Source: Octopus sinensis (lineage: Eukaryota). From it: DNA of 64,000 bases. The DNA lies in the NCBI RefSeq assembly GCF_006345805.1, contig NC_043002.1, positions 35,154,001 through 35,218,000 on the forward strand. Reading direction: 5' to 3'. Under the pieces are notes generated by a model that saw only the letters and a program-made list of their open reading frames with translations, was not told where the DNA came from and did no database searches. Shown in pieces: positions 37,370 through 50,117 of the stretch. The position numbers and the translations under genes are program-made. Every line of letters begins with the position of its first letter. Positions within the stretch are counted from its first letter, which is position 1.

Positions 37370-38110
37370 GTGTTAGGAAGGGCATGCAGCTGTAAAAATC
37401 CTGACAAAACAGTCACAGAAGTCTAGTGTAGGCTTTGGCCTGGCTGGCTCTTGTCGTACCATCTCATCCATGCTAGCATGGAGCACAGACGTTAAATGAT
37501 GATAATGATAACTGCATAGTAACAATATATTAACTGGATGGTCACCTTTTATAGGCCTCTGCATTATTTCCTATTATAATGTATTATTGTAACCCAAGTA
37601 AAATCTTAAGAAGTAGAATATATTCTTGTAGAATGGTATGTACACTTTGGTTTTTCATTTTACATTTTAATAACTTTTAATTCAGTAAATGACTACACCA
37701 GGAAACAGCTATATAATCTTTCATTTTCATTGATCTATCAAATTTGTGGTAACTTGTACAAATTGTATATATATATATCATCTTCATTTAACGTCCATCT
37801 TCCATGCTAGCATAGGTTGGACAATTTGACGGGAGCTGGTGACCCAGATAACTACACTAAACTCAAATGTCTGCTTTGACTTAGTTTCTATGGCTGGATG
37901 CCTTTCCCTAAAGCCAACCACTTTACAGAGTGTACCGGGTGCTTTTTAACTTACATAGATGCATATACAATAGGCTTCTTTCTGTTTCCATCTACGAAAT
38001 CCACTCAAGGCTTTAGTTGGACTAGGGCTATAGAAGACCTGCCAAAGATGCCACAGAGTAGACCTGAACCCAGAATCATGAGGTTGGGAAGCAAGCTTCT
38101 TACCACACAT
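37370..38110. mobile_element. Cluster of SINE fragments (RTE-tail + at 37370-37510; RTE-tail - at 37780-37960; CORE-like - at 37985-38110)
   Basis: Family-diagnostic strings as in the other copies in this window. Confidence 0.7.
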
Positions 38111-38503
38111 AGAAATATAATAAAATTGAAACTTTTTACATTTTAAGCATCCTCCATTTATACTATCTTTCTCTTATTTCAGAATATTGGAAGACATTGG
38201 TATTAAAAAAAAATTGTACATTGGATGCATCATCAATATTTATCATATTTTAAAGACTAAATGAAGAAATACGGAATAGATACCACCCTGTTCATACAGA
38301 CCCATGGTAGAATCACTGAAATATATCCCATGGACTGAGATTATAATGAAATGTTTTTACATTTTGAAGAGTGGAGTATGTACAAAATGATTTTGCATTA
38401 CAAATAAATTTGCAGTGACCTCAGATATTGACAAGGATTAGAATTGCTGGAAATGCGTTGGAAGAAATATTTGTAAGGAATATGATATAAAAGCAAAATA
38501 TAA

Positions 38504-40024
38504 ATGTGTATATATTGCATTAAGAAAAGAAAAATTATGGAAAATATACCATATGAGAACAAGGTTAAATGCAAAACAGACTCTAAAAAAATCCGTTCTG
38601 ATGAGCTGCTGAAAGAAAGAGCAAAAACATCATTCCTCTGCAATAGCTGTGGAAAATCATTCTCTCAAAAATGTAATCTTAATATTCACAAACGCATTCA
38701 TACAGGAGAAAAACCATTTCACTGTGATTTCTGTGGTAAATCATTCGTTCAAATAAATCACTTAACTAAACATAAACGCATTCATACAGGGGAAAAGCCA
38801 TATAGTTGTAATTTCTGTGCTAAGTCATTCTATGGAAGTGGTGAACTAACCAAACATAAACGTATTCATACAGGAGAGAGGCCATATCACTGTGATATCT
38901 GTGGTAGATCATTCTCTGTAAATGATCACTTAACTAAACACAAACGTATTCATACAGGGGAGAAGCCCTTTCACTGTGATATCTGTGGTAAAGCATTCTC
39001 TTGTAATGGTGATATACCCATACACAAACGCTCTCATACTGGAGAGAAGCCATATGACTGTGATATGTGTGGTAAATCATTTACTACAAAAGGTCACTTG
39101 ACAACTCATAAACGCTGTCATACAGGAGAGAAACCACATCACTGTGATGTCTGTGGTAAATCATTCATTCAAAACTGTCAGTTAATTAGACACACACGCA
39201 TTCATACAGGAGAGAAGCCTTATCCTTGTGATATCTGTGGTAAATCATTTGCTGAAAATGCCCATTTAATTAATCACAAACGTATTCATACAGGAGAGAA
39301 GCCATATCACTGCCACATATGCAATAAGTCATTTTCTCGAAATGATCACTTCACTCAACACAAACGTATTCATACAGGAGAAAAACCATATCACTGTGAT
39401 ATCTGCGGTAAATCATTCTCTGTAAGTTTTCGGTTAAAAATTCACACACGTATTCATACAGGAGAGCAGCCATATCACTGTGATATCTGTGGTAAATCCT
39501 TCTCTGAAAAGGGTGACTTAACTAAACACAAACGCACTCATACAGGAGAAACCCCATTTCAGTGTGAAATCTGTGGTAAGGCATTTTCTAGAAATTCTAA
39601 TTTAACCACTCACAAACGTGTTCATACTGGTGAGAAACCATATCACTGTGATATCTGTGGTAAATCGTTCTCTCATGGAAATGTCTTAATTGCACACAAA
39701 TACATTCATACAGGAGAGAAACCATATCATTGTGATGTCTGTGGTAAATCGTTTTCTCAAGCAAGTCACTTAAGTAAGCACAAACATGTTCATACAGGTG
39801 AGAAGCCATATCATTGTGACATCTGTGGTAAATCATTCTCTGTTGGAAGTGCAGTAAGTGGACACAAACGTACTCACACAGGAGAAAAACCATATTGTTG
39901 TGATATCTGTGGAAAATCATTCTCTCAAACAAGTCATTTGACTGCTCACAGGCGTGTTCATACTGGAGAGAAACCATATCACTGTGATGTCTGTGGTAAT
40001 CATTCATTCAAAACTGTCAGTTAA
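38504..40024 (+). CDS. C2H2 zinc-finger protein (ZNF-C), 16 intact fingers then a frameshift; start at ATG 38504 or 38537
   Basis: [10 protein letters not shown]...HTGEKPY repeats. The frame breaks at ggtaatc (39995-40001) where paralogous fingers read ggtaaatc. Acceptor ctcttatttcag| at 38182. Confidence 0.9.
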   Translation: MCIYCIKKRKIMENIPYENKVKCKTDSKKIRSDELLKERAKTSFLCNSCGKSFSQKCNLNIHKRIHTGEKPFHCDFCGKSFVQINHLTKHKRIHTGEKPYSCNFCAKSFYGSGELTKHKRIHTGERPYHCDICGRSFSVNDHLTKHKRIHTGEKPFHCDICGKAFSCNGDIPIHKRSHTGEKPYDCDMCGKSFTTKGHLTTHKRCHTGEKPHHCDVCGKSFIQNCQLIRHTRIHTGEKPYPCDICGKSFAENAHLINHKRIHTGEKPYHCHICNKSFSRNDHFTQHKRIHTGEKPYHCDICGKSFSVSFRLKIHTRIHTGEQPYHCDICGKSFSEKGDLTKHKRTHTGETPFQCEICGKAFSRNSNLTTHKRVHTGEKPYHCDICGKSFSHGNVLIAHKYIHTGEKPYHCDVCGKSFSQASHLSKHKHVHTGEKPYHCDICGKSFSVGSAVSGHKRTHTGEKPYCCDICGKSFSQTSHLTAHRRVHTGEKPYHCDVCGNHSFKTVS

Positions 40025-40838
40025 TTAGACACACACGCATTCATACAGGAGAGAAGCCTTATCCTTGTGATATCTGTGGTAAATCATTTGCTGAAAATGC
40101 CCATTTAATTAATCACAAACGTATTCATACAGGAGAGAAGCCATATCACTGCCACATATGCAATAAGTCATTTTCTCGAAATGATCACTTCACTCAACAC
40201 AAACGTATTCATACAGGAGAAAAACCATATCACTGTGATATCTGCGGTAAATCATTCTCTGTAAGTTTTCGGTTAAAAATTCACACACGTATTCATACAG
40301 GAGAGCAGCCATATCACTGTGATATCTGTGGTAAATCCTTCTCTGAAAAGGGTGACTTAACTAAACACAAACGCACTCATACAGGAGAAACCCCATTTCA
40401 GTGTGAAATCTGTGGTAAGGCATTTTCTAGAAATTCTAATTTAACCACTCACAAACGTGTTCATACTGGTGAGAAACCATATCACTGTGATATCTGTGGT
40501 AAATCGTTCTCTCATGGAAATGTCTTAATTGCACACAAATACATTCATACAGGAGAGAAACCATATCATTGTGATGTCTGTGGTAAATCGTTTTCTCAAG
40601 CAAGTCACTTAAGTAAGCACAAACATGTTCATACAGGTGAGAAGCCATATCATTGTGACATCTGTGGTAAATCATTCTCTGTTGGAAGTGCAGTAAGTGG
40701 ACACAAACGTACTCACACAGGAGAAAAACCATATTGTTGTGATATCTGTGGAAAATCATTCTCTCAAACAAGTCATTTGACTGCTCACAGGCGTGTTCAT
40801 ACTGGAGAGAAACCATATCACTGTGATGTCTGTGGTAA
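39161..40838 (+). repeat. Exact tandem duplication of 839 bp (fingers 7-16)
   Basis: 39161-39999 and 40000-40838 are identical on base-by-base reading. 839 = 10 x 84 - 1. Confidence 0.93.
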
Positions 40839-40992
40839 ATCATTCTCTGTAAATGATTCCTTAACAACTCACAAACGTATTCATTCAGGAGAGAAGCCAT
40901 ATGACTGTGATATCTGTAGTAAATCATTCTCTCAAATAAACCACTTAACTAGACACAGACTTATCCATACAAGAGATGAAGCATCACTGTAA
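40000..40992 (+). pseudogene. Out-of-frame continuation of ZNF-C (duplicated fingers plus two terminal fingers)
   Basis: Open frame SFIQNCQ...HTRDEASL* in the shifted phase, with no ATG of its own. Confidence 0.8.
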
Positions 40993-41572
40993 TAATTGGT
41001 GATTCATTCTCTCAAAATGATGACTTACTGCACATATATTTTTTACAGGAAACTATATTGCTAATATCTTTGGTAAATCATTTTCTTCAAAGGATCACTC
41101 AACTAAACACAAGCATGCTCATACAGAAGAAAAACAATATCGCTGCTATATCTGTGGTACATCATTCTCCTAAACAGGTCACTTAACTATATATGTATAT
41201 ATTCATATGGAAAGTGACTGTAGTTGAATGTATTACTTCCAATATAATTAAAATACCATTGTAATTGTGTACTCAAAGTATTCAGAGCTGAATGAGAAGC
41301 ATTTGTTGACTGGAGAAGGCCTTTGAGTTCTACACTGTAGCTTGGTGGTTATTAAGAAATCTTAGTGGAGATGAATGGTTTATGAGAGCCATGCAAACCA
41401 TCCCTGTATTACAGAATATATATATATATATATTTGTGTGGGAGTGGAGGGGGGGGGGCAACACTGTGCAAAGACAGTAAAGCATTGAAACAAAACACCA
41501 CTAAGGCAGCAGTTATTAAACAGATATTGAGAATGTGTGAAAATATACAATTTGGTCTACTCAATTTAGCTT

Positions 41573-41790
41573 ACAAACCTACAAACAGCAAGTTTGTAAG
41601 CAGTGTGTCTGAGGAGGGAGAGTACTCAGTCACCAATGAAACTAGCGCAATTTTCCCTTTGTTCATGAAGATATATAAACCTAACAAACAGTAGGTTTGT
41701 AAGCAGTGTGTCTGTGGATTGTCGAAGGGAGAGTACTCAGTCATCAATCATACCAGCTCAATTTCCTCTGTTCATGAAGTTATATATATA
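41573..41790. repeat. Diverged ~105-bp tandem duplication
   Basis: gtttgtaagcagtgtgtctg...gggagagtactcagtca...tgttcatgaag occurs twice. Confidence 0.7.
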
Positions 41791-43254
41791 TGGTCGAGGT
41801 GTTCACAGTATTGGCTAAAAACCTAAGATGTATTCTGCAGTATTACTGTAAATACACCAGTAATTTTATTATTGATTTATTTGACTTATAGACGAATAGT
41901 TAAGAAATATATTTTCATAAATCAGAGATGATAACATCAGTGTAAAGTTAGGTTACAACTAAATATTGTTACTATCTCCAAGGCCATTTGACACAAGGAG
42001 CCTCCATATATTCTCTGCTTCTGTTTCAGTTCCCACCAGACACATATGCTGAGTTCTCCTCTACAGTACTCAGCCAGATCTTAACAAGTATGCCTTACTT
42101 CCACTTGTTTGTTTGTGGGCGTACATAACATATGGTCAAGGATCTGCAGCTGTCTTATTGCAGTTTACTCAACCAGGGCCTATCTCTAACTTTGTTTATG
42201 ATGTGTGGTTGCACTAAGAAATTCTTTGCTTGGTTCTAAGGTAATATTTACATAAGACAGCTGCTGCTCTTTCTCCATATCTCACAAGCATGTATATATA
42301 TCATTATCATCATTTAATGTCCGTTTTCCATGCTGGCATAGGTCAGACAGCTTGACAGGAATTAGTAAAGCCAGGGGCCTCACCAGGTTCCATAGTCTGT
42401 TCTGGGTTGGCTTCTACAGCTGGGTGCTATGCTTGCATGGATTGGACAACATTTCTTGAAGCAGATTTTTTACAGCTGTATGCCCTTGCCTGTTTCCTAG
42501 TAATGTAATATTCCCTGTGACCAGATGCTTGCCTGGATGATAGGAAATGAAGGATATCACTTACATGACTATGTGGTTGGGAAGTAAACTTCTTACCATA
42601 CAGCCATATATAAATGTTATGTCAAGATGAAACTTGAAATTTTGTTAAGTGGTGGAAACCCTTAACTTACAGCCATTAAAATGAGTTTTTGTACATGCTA
42701 TATTGAATCTTCAGTTATAAATTGTATTTTATGTTATATAAATGTCCTTTGTGAATTATTTATATCGTAATCATGTTTAATTTGCCGTCCTAACGTGCTG
42801 GACATCTTCCTCTAGTTTTGCTGCTAAGGGATGAAAATATTTGTTTTTGAAGTGTGTGCAAAAGTAATTAAGGGTCGAGTATTCTCCCTTGGCTCACAAT
42901 TGGAACTTTTTCCAATGTGAGTAGTTCCTACATTTCCTTCTATTTTACTCTATGTTGATAGTAAATTTTATTTGGTTTCAAACCAATTTCTGGAATTTTT
43001 TATTACTTGGATAGCTTTAGAATATCAATTTAACTTTTCAAACTTAAACCATAAAGTATATGAAAAATATGGTTGCATATCAAAAACAAGTCTTTTCATG
43101 TAGCACAGCTAGAAGTACATATTTTTCCTTTGTATCAGATGTTGATTCTATTCTCATTCCCATCCATTCTATTTCCTAGCCACTGACATCACATTGTTCA
43201 CCAGATGCCAACAGTTGATTACTCTATAGTAGGTCTTGTCTGATTTTGAAAGTC

Positions 43255-43807
43255 ATCATCATCATTTAATGTCTGTTTTCCATGCTGGCATGGGTTGGAT
43301 GATTTGACATGGGGTTGACCAGCTCCAATTGTCTGTTGTGACATGGTTTCTACAGCTAGACGTCCTTCCTAATACCAACCACTTTACAGAGTATGCTGGG
43401 TACTTTTTACATGCCACCAGCATTGCTGCATTTACCTAGCAATGGCATGAGTGCATTTGATGTGGCACTGGCATCTACAAGGGACAAGCCTGTATGTATG
43501 GATGACAGCAGTTTTACTTAGCTTGAAGCATCTTCTCAAGTACAGCAAATCACCACAATTCCTGGCCTCTTGTCATTTCTTCTATAGGCCATAAGAACAA
43601 GTGTAGAATAGCTCCCAAGAGCAACCAGTCTTGGATTCCTCTGTTAAGATCTGGAGGACTAAGATAAACAATAGGGGGACTGAGAACTGAACTTTGATGA
43701 ACTCCTACCTGCACACTGAATCCATTGCTATACTTGTTGCCAACCTTCACCCTACTGGCAGCATCCCTGTACATGGCTTGTACACCTCTCACTAACCACT
43801 CATCTAT
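43255..43807 (-). mobile_element. RTE LINE, distal part (RT fragment and 3' tail), host of the Tx1-like insertion
   Basis: EWLVRGVQAMYRDAASRVKVGNKYSNGFSVQVGVHQSSVLSP (RT), with the family (cat)n tail at 43255. Confidence 0.8.
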
Positions 43808-46695
43808 CTATCTATCGATAGTGTTGTTGGATTGGCTCATAAGTCAATCGCCTTTTTTTATTGTTTATTAGAAAAGTTTTGTTTCAAATGTTTGCACATG
43901 AGGTGTGTAAGACATCCAGCTTTCGTCTGGGTGTGTTTTCCGGAGGGGGAATTTGCCCCTAGGGGCAATTTCAGCCCTGTTTTCATACCAAAATATTGCT
44001 TCTCCAGATTTTTTACATATGTTGCCGAAGCGTTTCGTCTAAAGTATAAGCATTATCATCTGCTTGATGTTTTGTTTACATTTCTTTTTTGTTTTGAAGT
44101 TTTCAAGCGCCCAACTTTCGTTTGGGTATTTTTAAGTGTGGAATTCGCCCCTAGGGGAATTTACATCACCCTTTTAATTCTAAAGTTTATTTCTCGATGA
44201 TAAAAATGTCGAGAAATTTGATTGTTAAACAGTATTCGACACTATTCTCTGAAGAAGATTTTCCCAGCCTAGGAATGACAGAAGGAAGAATAGACGATAC
44301 TGTAAAGTCGAGAACAAAGTTTGAAAGAGACATTGCTGTCAACAACAAAGATATTTCTACAACCCTTGATAGCCCTGTCATCACCACCACCAAAACTACC
44401 ACATCTACGTGCTAAAATATGAAAATTAAAGAGCATACAAACTGGGGTCCCCAATTTAACATGGTACAGGTCTGCTTCCATAATCAGGAAGAGGCAAAAA
44501 CTCACTCGACACGGACAATACAAAATGACGAACTCGTCATGGTCCCATACCACATGGGACAGAGAGTGAGTAAAATAAAAATAAAGAATGTCCCACCCGA
44601 AATCCAACCAAAATGGATAACATCGGCAATATGTTTTCATTTAAAATCGATCAACATATTAGAAATTGCCATTGTTAACAATGAAAATTGGACTGGGAAA
44701 TCGATAGAAGTGACCATTCAAATAGATGAAGCTTCTATCAGGAAATTACTAAATATCATTTACCTAGAAAATGGACAAAGCCTATATGTGGTGGCAGAGG
44801 GGGAAAAAACCGCATTGTTACCTCTGTGGCAGCCCAGACCACTTAATTGCAAAGTGCGTTTTGGCACATAAAACACAAGAACAGTTGAAAACAAATAGAA
44901 AACACCCTTTGCAATCAATACCACCAAACCCACAACTGATGCAAGAATTATATAGGAATATGGAACAACAACAAACTAGCAACCAAAACTCAACAACATC
45001 ACCAAGAAGAGAAACAACACCATCACAATTACCTCCGACGTCACAACCAACTAAAACAACACCAACATCAAAAGACAGACCAGCACCAAGAACGACAACT
45101 AAGAAAACAAATAACAATGACGAAAAGACAAATTTTGCCCCTAATACCACAACAACACTTTCTACAAACACACATATAGATGCAAATGCTTTACCTTAAC
45201 CCCCTTCTGATTCATCACAGCAAATAAAAAACTAATGAACTACATTACATCTAACACAAACATTTGTGAAGATGACTTTAAACTGAACAATCATCCACGC
45301 ACTACACCACCGACACACATAAAAATAGTACGCAGCACCACACACTCAAAACCATCTTTTCAAATGTGGTCGGGGGGTTCCAGAAATATTTATCTAAAAA
45401 ACTTTATAAAAACCTCCTCAAAGACATTTCAAAAGAAGAGGAAACAACTCAAACTTTCAAAATGAGTAAGTAACCTTGTCTCTTTCACTGTTGTGTGAAA
45501 CACAACTTTTTGACCATCAATTATGCTTAAATTAGGTTGTGTTAGGAAGGGTATCCAGCCGTAGAAACACTGCCAGATCTGACTGGGCCTGATGAAGCCT
45601 TCCAGCTTCACAGACCCCAGTTGAACCGTCCAACCCATGCTAGCATGGAGAACGGACGCTAAATGATGATGATGATGATGAATGTGTGTGGTTTGGCGTC
45701 GGCTCAGAAGCAAGGTTACCTTCTAAATGACATCAAGTCACTGAACGTTGATATAGTAGCTATCAGTGAAACCAGACTCAGTAAGCCGTGGGCCCTCGCG
45801 TCCATGTTTGGCAGTCAATTCGACATTTATTTTTCTCCCTGTCTGCCAAACATGGCTGGTGGTGGTACCGTGGCGCTTTTTCGAAAGAGTCTAAACGTAA
45901 AAGTAAGATCGATATTCCTAGACCCGGAGGGTAGGCTGGTTGTCTTGGACGTGGATGGCAGAAACGGGCGTGCATGCCTGAGATGCGGTCAGAGCGCCGA
46001 AACTGTTCTGCACGCAGTCGTGCAGTGTCCAGATATTTCAGAGCTGTGGACCTTCGTCGAACAGCTGTTGTTGCGTGTAGGATGGACCCACTTATCGGCC
46101 GAGTCTATTGTGAATATTGTTCCGCCACCTTCCTTTAAATGGGAGGGAAAAGCAGTTTTCATAACACTGATAGCTAAGGCGAAAGAATGCGTGTGGTGGA
46201 TACGTTTGAAAGGCCTACAAACACTTTCCTCTCTGGTCAGTCTCTAATCAACTTTTTGAAGTACCACTTGAAAAGGAGGATGAGAATAGAGAGGAAAGTA
46301 TTGTCGAATGAAAGTTTCAATAAAAAATGGGTAAATGTGGCAAGAATGGTCAGTATGAAAGACGACACCATTTTAAGCATAAATCTGTAACAAAAAGAGA
46401 CAACAAGAGGAAAGGTACTTACTCTTGTGTACATTTTGAACTGCCTGAGGTGAACTTGGTCTTTTTCATAGGTTTTTCTTTCCAAGGCTACATCTAAACT
46501 GAACAATATCGATCTCCCCCTCTTTTTGGGGGGAACTTTATATTTTTCTTTTTTATACACCACATAACCCAAAGATCCCTATTGATCGAACTTTTTCTTT
46601 GTGTGTCCCACCCATCCCACCTTGAAAAGAAAAACTCTACATTGCATTTCGTCTATTTTCTGTATTTAGCTCTGTGTGACCATAATAAAAACAAA
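43808..46695 (+). mobile_element. Tx1/L1-clade LINE with decayed ORF1 and internally deleted ORF2, 7-bp TSD CATCTAT
   Basis: ORF1 remnant 44206-45199 carries a CCHC knuckle CYLCGSPDHLIAKC. ORF2 start MLKLGCV/NVCGL...VDIVAISETRL (APE) is joined to CLRCGQSAETVLHAVVQC (C-terminal zinc motif). AATAAA at 46684; catctat at 43801-43807 and 46696-46702. Confidence 0.88.
45544..45680 (+). mobile_element. 5'-truncated RTE-tail SINE inserted in Tx1 ORF2
   Basis: aggaagggtatccagccg...gctaaatgatgatgatg interrupts ATG CTT AAA TTA GGT TGT GTT / AAT GTG TGT GGT. Confidence 0.85.
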
Positions 46696-46915
46696 CATCT
46701 ATAGCTTCTGCATTGACCACCAGATAAGGGGGCAGGAGACCCTATCAAAAAGGCATTTTCTATGTCAACAAAAACCAAGTACAGAGGTTTATTTTTGACT
46801 AAATACTTCTGCACTTGCCTAACCAGGAATATAGCATCAGTCATGCTCCTACCTGGTACAAATCCAAATTGAATCTCCTCTATGCTCACTCTGGATGTTT
46901 TATTTGTAATAAACA
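46696..46915 (-). mobile_element. RTE LINE, proximal RT fragment
   Basis: QFGFVPGRSMTDAIFLVRQVQKYLVKNKPLYLVFVDIENAF, colinear with the 43550-43807 fragment. Confidence 0.8.
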
Positions 46916-47255
46916 AGAACATTTTACATCAAATAAACTGAAGACAGGAGCAATAAGGTGATAAATTTTCCAGAATATGCATCAAATAGACTGAGAACAT
47001 TAGCAATAAATGGATCAGTGACTTTTGGAATATGTATTATTAAAAAGTCATTAAATATTTTCTCCTCATATATTCCATATTCAACCTTAATATACTCACC
47101 TTCATCAAAGACATAAAGGAGAAGGGAAATTGACACAACCAGTTTTTACATCAGTAGCTATACAATTGTCAGCTGATGTTTGCTCACCAGATTCTTGAAC
47201 AGACTTCAGCAACATAAATTATAACTACCCTTCTCAACTGTCAGTTCTTAATCTG

Positions 47256-47321
<66 letters not shown>
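47256..47321. repeat. (CT)n microsatellite
   Basis: Directly visible. Confidence 0.95.
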
Positions 47322-47323
<2 letters not shown>

Positions 47324-48015
47324 GCTCTCATAGCTTGACTTGGTCTGTTTAATTAGATGAAATTATCTTCTAATTATTATTAAGCATAACTACAGAACCA
47401 GTTACCATTTACATAATTTGAACAGTGCTGTACACAGAAGCAAAACCCATATGAACAACTGTATGACTTGCAAATATATTTTGATGATTTTTAATATTTC
47501 TTTCAATATTTACATACTGTTAGCTCAGGATCTGTATTTATATTTTATTGCATTATCTTCTTTTTCTGCAACAACTGTTTCAGGTTTAAGATGATGCTAA
47601 AACTCTAATTATTAGCAGTAACTAAGACCAACATTAAAACCTTTATTGAGATGAAAAATATCAAAGGATCTCCAACAAATAAAATGTAGATCTCCTTTGA
47701 TAAGAGATATATTTAGGAATCTGCAAAATTAAGTCTCATTGTAATTTTAAATAGTTTCAAGATCTGCATTTTCAGAGCAATCCTTTTTAAACATTACTGA
47801 AAATAATGTCAACATTATTGAAGTCAGTACAGAAAAATATTCCATTTAAGAAAGCTGGAATTTCTACAGTCACTGAAAATTTTGGATTGGTATACATCAA
47901 ACATTCAAGGAACCTTCCACTTCTACTTTTACAAGTTTAATAACACTAATTAAAAATGTTGTAGTGTAAAGAATATTCTCACAGGTTACCAATAAATGGT
48001 TATGATTGTCAGACC

Positions 48016-48055
<40 letters not shown>

Positions 48056-48368
48056 TAATCATCTTTTAGCATCTGCTTTCCATGTTGGTAAGAGTGTGAC
48101 CGAAACTGGTAAGCTGTTTCCAATCTGATTTGGCATGGTTTCTATGGCTGGATGTCCTTCCTAATGCCAACCATTCCAAGAGTGTAATGGGAGTTTTTAT
48201 GTGCCACTAGCATGGCTGCCAGTTATGTGATACCAGCATTGACCACAACTATGATTTCACATTGCTTGATTAGTCTTCTCAAGCAATATATATATAATGT
48301 ATTTCTAATATAGAGTCCATATACCCATGTGGGTTCGTGTAGATACATAAATACATAGAAAAATAGCC

Positions 48369-48762
48369 ATATCCTGAATATTTTAAGAAGTCATGATTAT
48401 TGTTTATTATCAGCTTGTTCCTTTTGTTCAGAAGTTGTGAGCCCAGTAATAGGATCTGGATTGCCTCCTGGGTGTGCAATCAGCAAAGTTTCTTCTAGTG
48501 TATGGGATCGCATGCTTAGAAATGAGGAGTCCATAAGGCTCTTAAAACAGTCAGAATATTTCCATTTTTTCATGCATATCTATATGGGTATATGAACTCC
48601 TTATTTCTAAGCATGCAACTCCATACACTGGAGGAAGAAGGCCTTGCTGATTGTACACACAAGAGGAAACCCAGATCCTACTATCAGTTATACAACTCCT
48701 GAACATAAGAAAGAAGCTGATAATAAACTATAACATTAAAATTCTTAAAACATTCAGGATAT
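48369..48762. repeat. Diverged ~170-bp inverted repeat with ~55-bp spacer
   Basis: 48369-48535 aligns along its length to the reverse complement of 48591-48762. Confidence 0.8.
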
Positions 48763-49991
48763 GTTTACTTTAACATGTATATATATATATATATAAATTC
48801 AATTTCCAAATATTAAGTTTTGCAGGGGTTTTTTACTGCAAGGGTAACATACTGAAATGTTAACTATTTCACAGCTATATTTTTATTGAAATGTTCTACC
48901 TCTGCATTTGTATAAATTTTTAAAATAATCAAGTATTTTCTATTTGGTTAAGCTAATTTTTATATTTATTTCTGTATCAAGCAGTTTTTTATAATATAAC
49001 AAGAACTTACATAAAATTACTCTTTAAGTTTATGGCCAACATGACAAGGTTGGCACTAGAAAATGTTGACTATACAAGTTAAGTAACTTATTACTATTTG
49101 GAGAACACATTCAATATCTACTCTTTAAAACAGATGTTTTCCTTTCATTTATTGGCATACCAGAATGAATTGATGTAAAAAATGGTTAAGGTTCTATATA
49201 CAAGAAATTAGTTGGAAACAAAAAGGAAAATATAATTTATATCCATAGCTTCTTACTTATTGGGATCTGTTTTTTAAAAATATTCCTAGTTCTACTAACA
49301 AAGATTAATTTGCTCCTGAATTTTTTATGCAAAATTATGTCAAACTGCAGTTTTCTCTTGAAAATTCAGGAAAAAAGAACATTGAAAATGTCACGAAGGC
49401 AGTTATTAGAAGACATGTGTCACCATGACAATTATTCACTAGATTATGTGTCATTGTGGATGATAATGGGTTAATTAGCATACTTAAAGCATTAGCAATG
49501 AAATTTAGCATTGGTTAGACTAACATTTTCCTTAAAACTTTTTGTTTGTTGTTAGCTACAAGTGGTAGTCAAACATTTCTAATGCATTGTTTCTTTGTAA
49601 AATTTGTAAAGCAGGAAATTCAGAATTGGATTACAATTTAATGCAAACTTTCTTCCCTTGGTCTTGTGTAGTCATTTCTACTCAGTGGAATGTTTGCAAT
49701 AACATTTAAAAGATGTTGAGACGCTGAGTTAAATGTACAATTTAGTTTCATCTAGGATTCAAATTTTAATTGAGTTGAGAGATTAACCATCAGTTATATA
49801 CTGGGGGTGGAGTTTATAAATACCCTCTCCTCCATCTCACGTTTAATAAGTGGCTTTTTTAAACAGTATTAGCAAAATGTGAGTTAATGCTTGTCATAAG
49901 AAGGAATACCTAATATTTGAAGTAGAACTCTCCACCTGATTTTTGCATTATAAAATTCTGATTAGTAGTTTGGTGGTGAGATTATATATAT

Positions 49992-50033
<42 letters not shown>

Positions 50034-50079
50034 CAAACAAATGTATTAGTATAGTGCTCAGGAATAGAAATAGAAAAAG

Positions 50080-50117
50080 TCTTTTACGTTTCGAGCCTAC
50101 GCTCTTCGACAGAAAGA
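50080..50117 (-). ncRNA. Minimal type I hammerhead ribozyme-like motif with A6U core variant
   Basis: UCUUU CUGUCGA A GAGC-GUAG-GCUC GAAA CG UA/ AAAGA: 5-bp helix I, 4-bp helix II, palindromic ACGU helix III. Confidence 0.55.

Noticed and set aside
46924-47230. Possible minus-strand exon ending at GAAG|GTGAGT (about 47098)
   Set aside because: The only long frame stops just before the donor, and no partner exons or homology were recognised.
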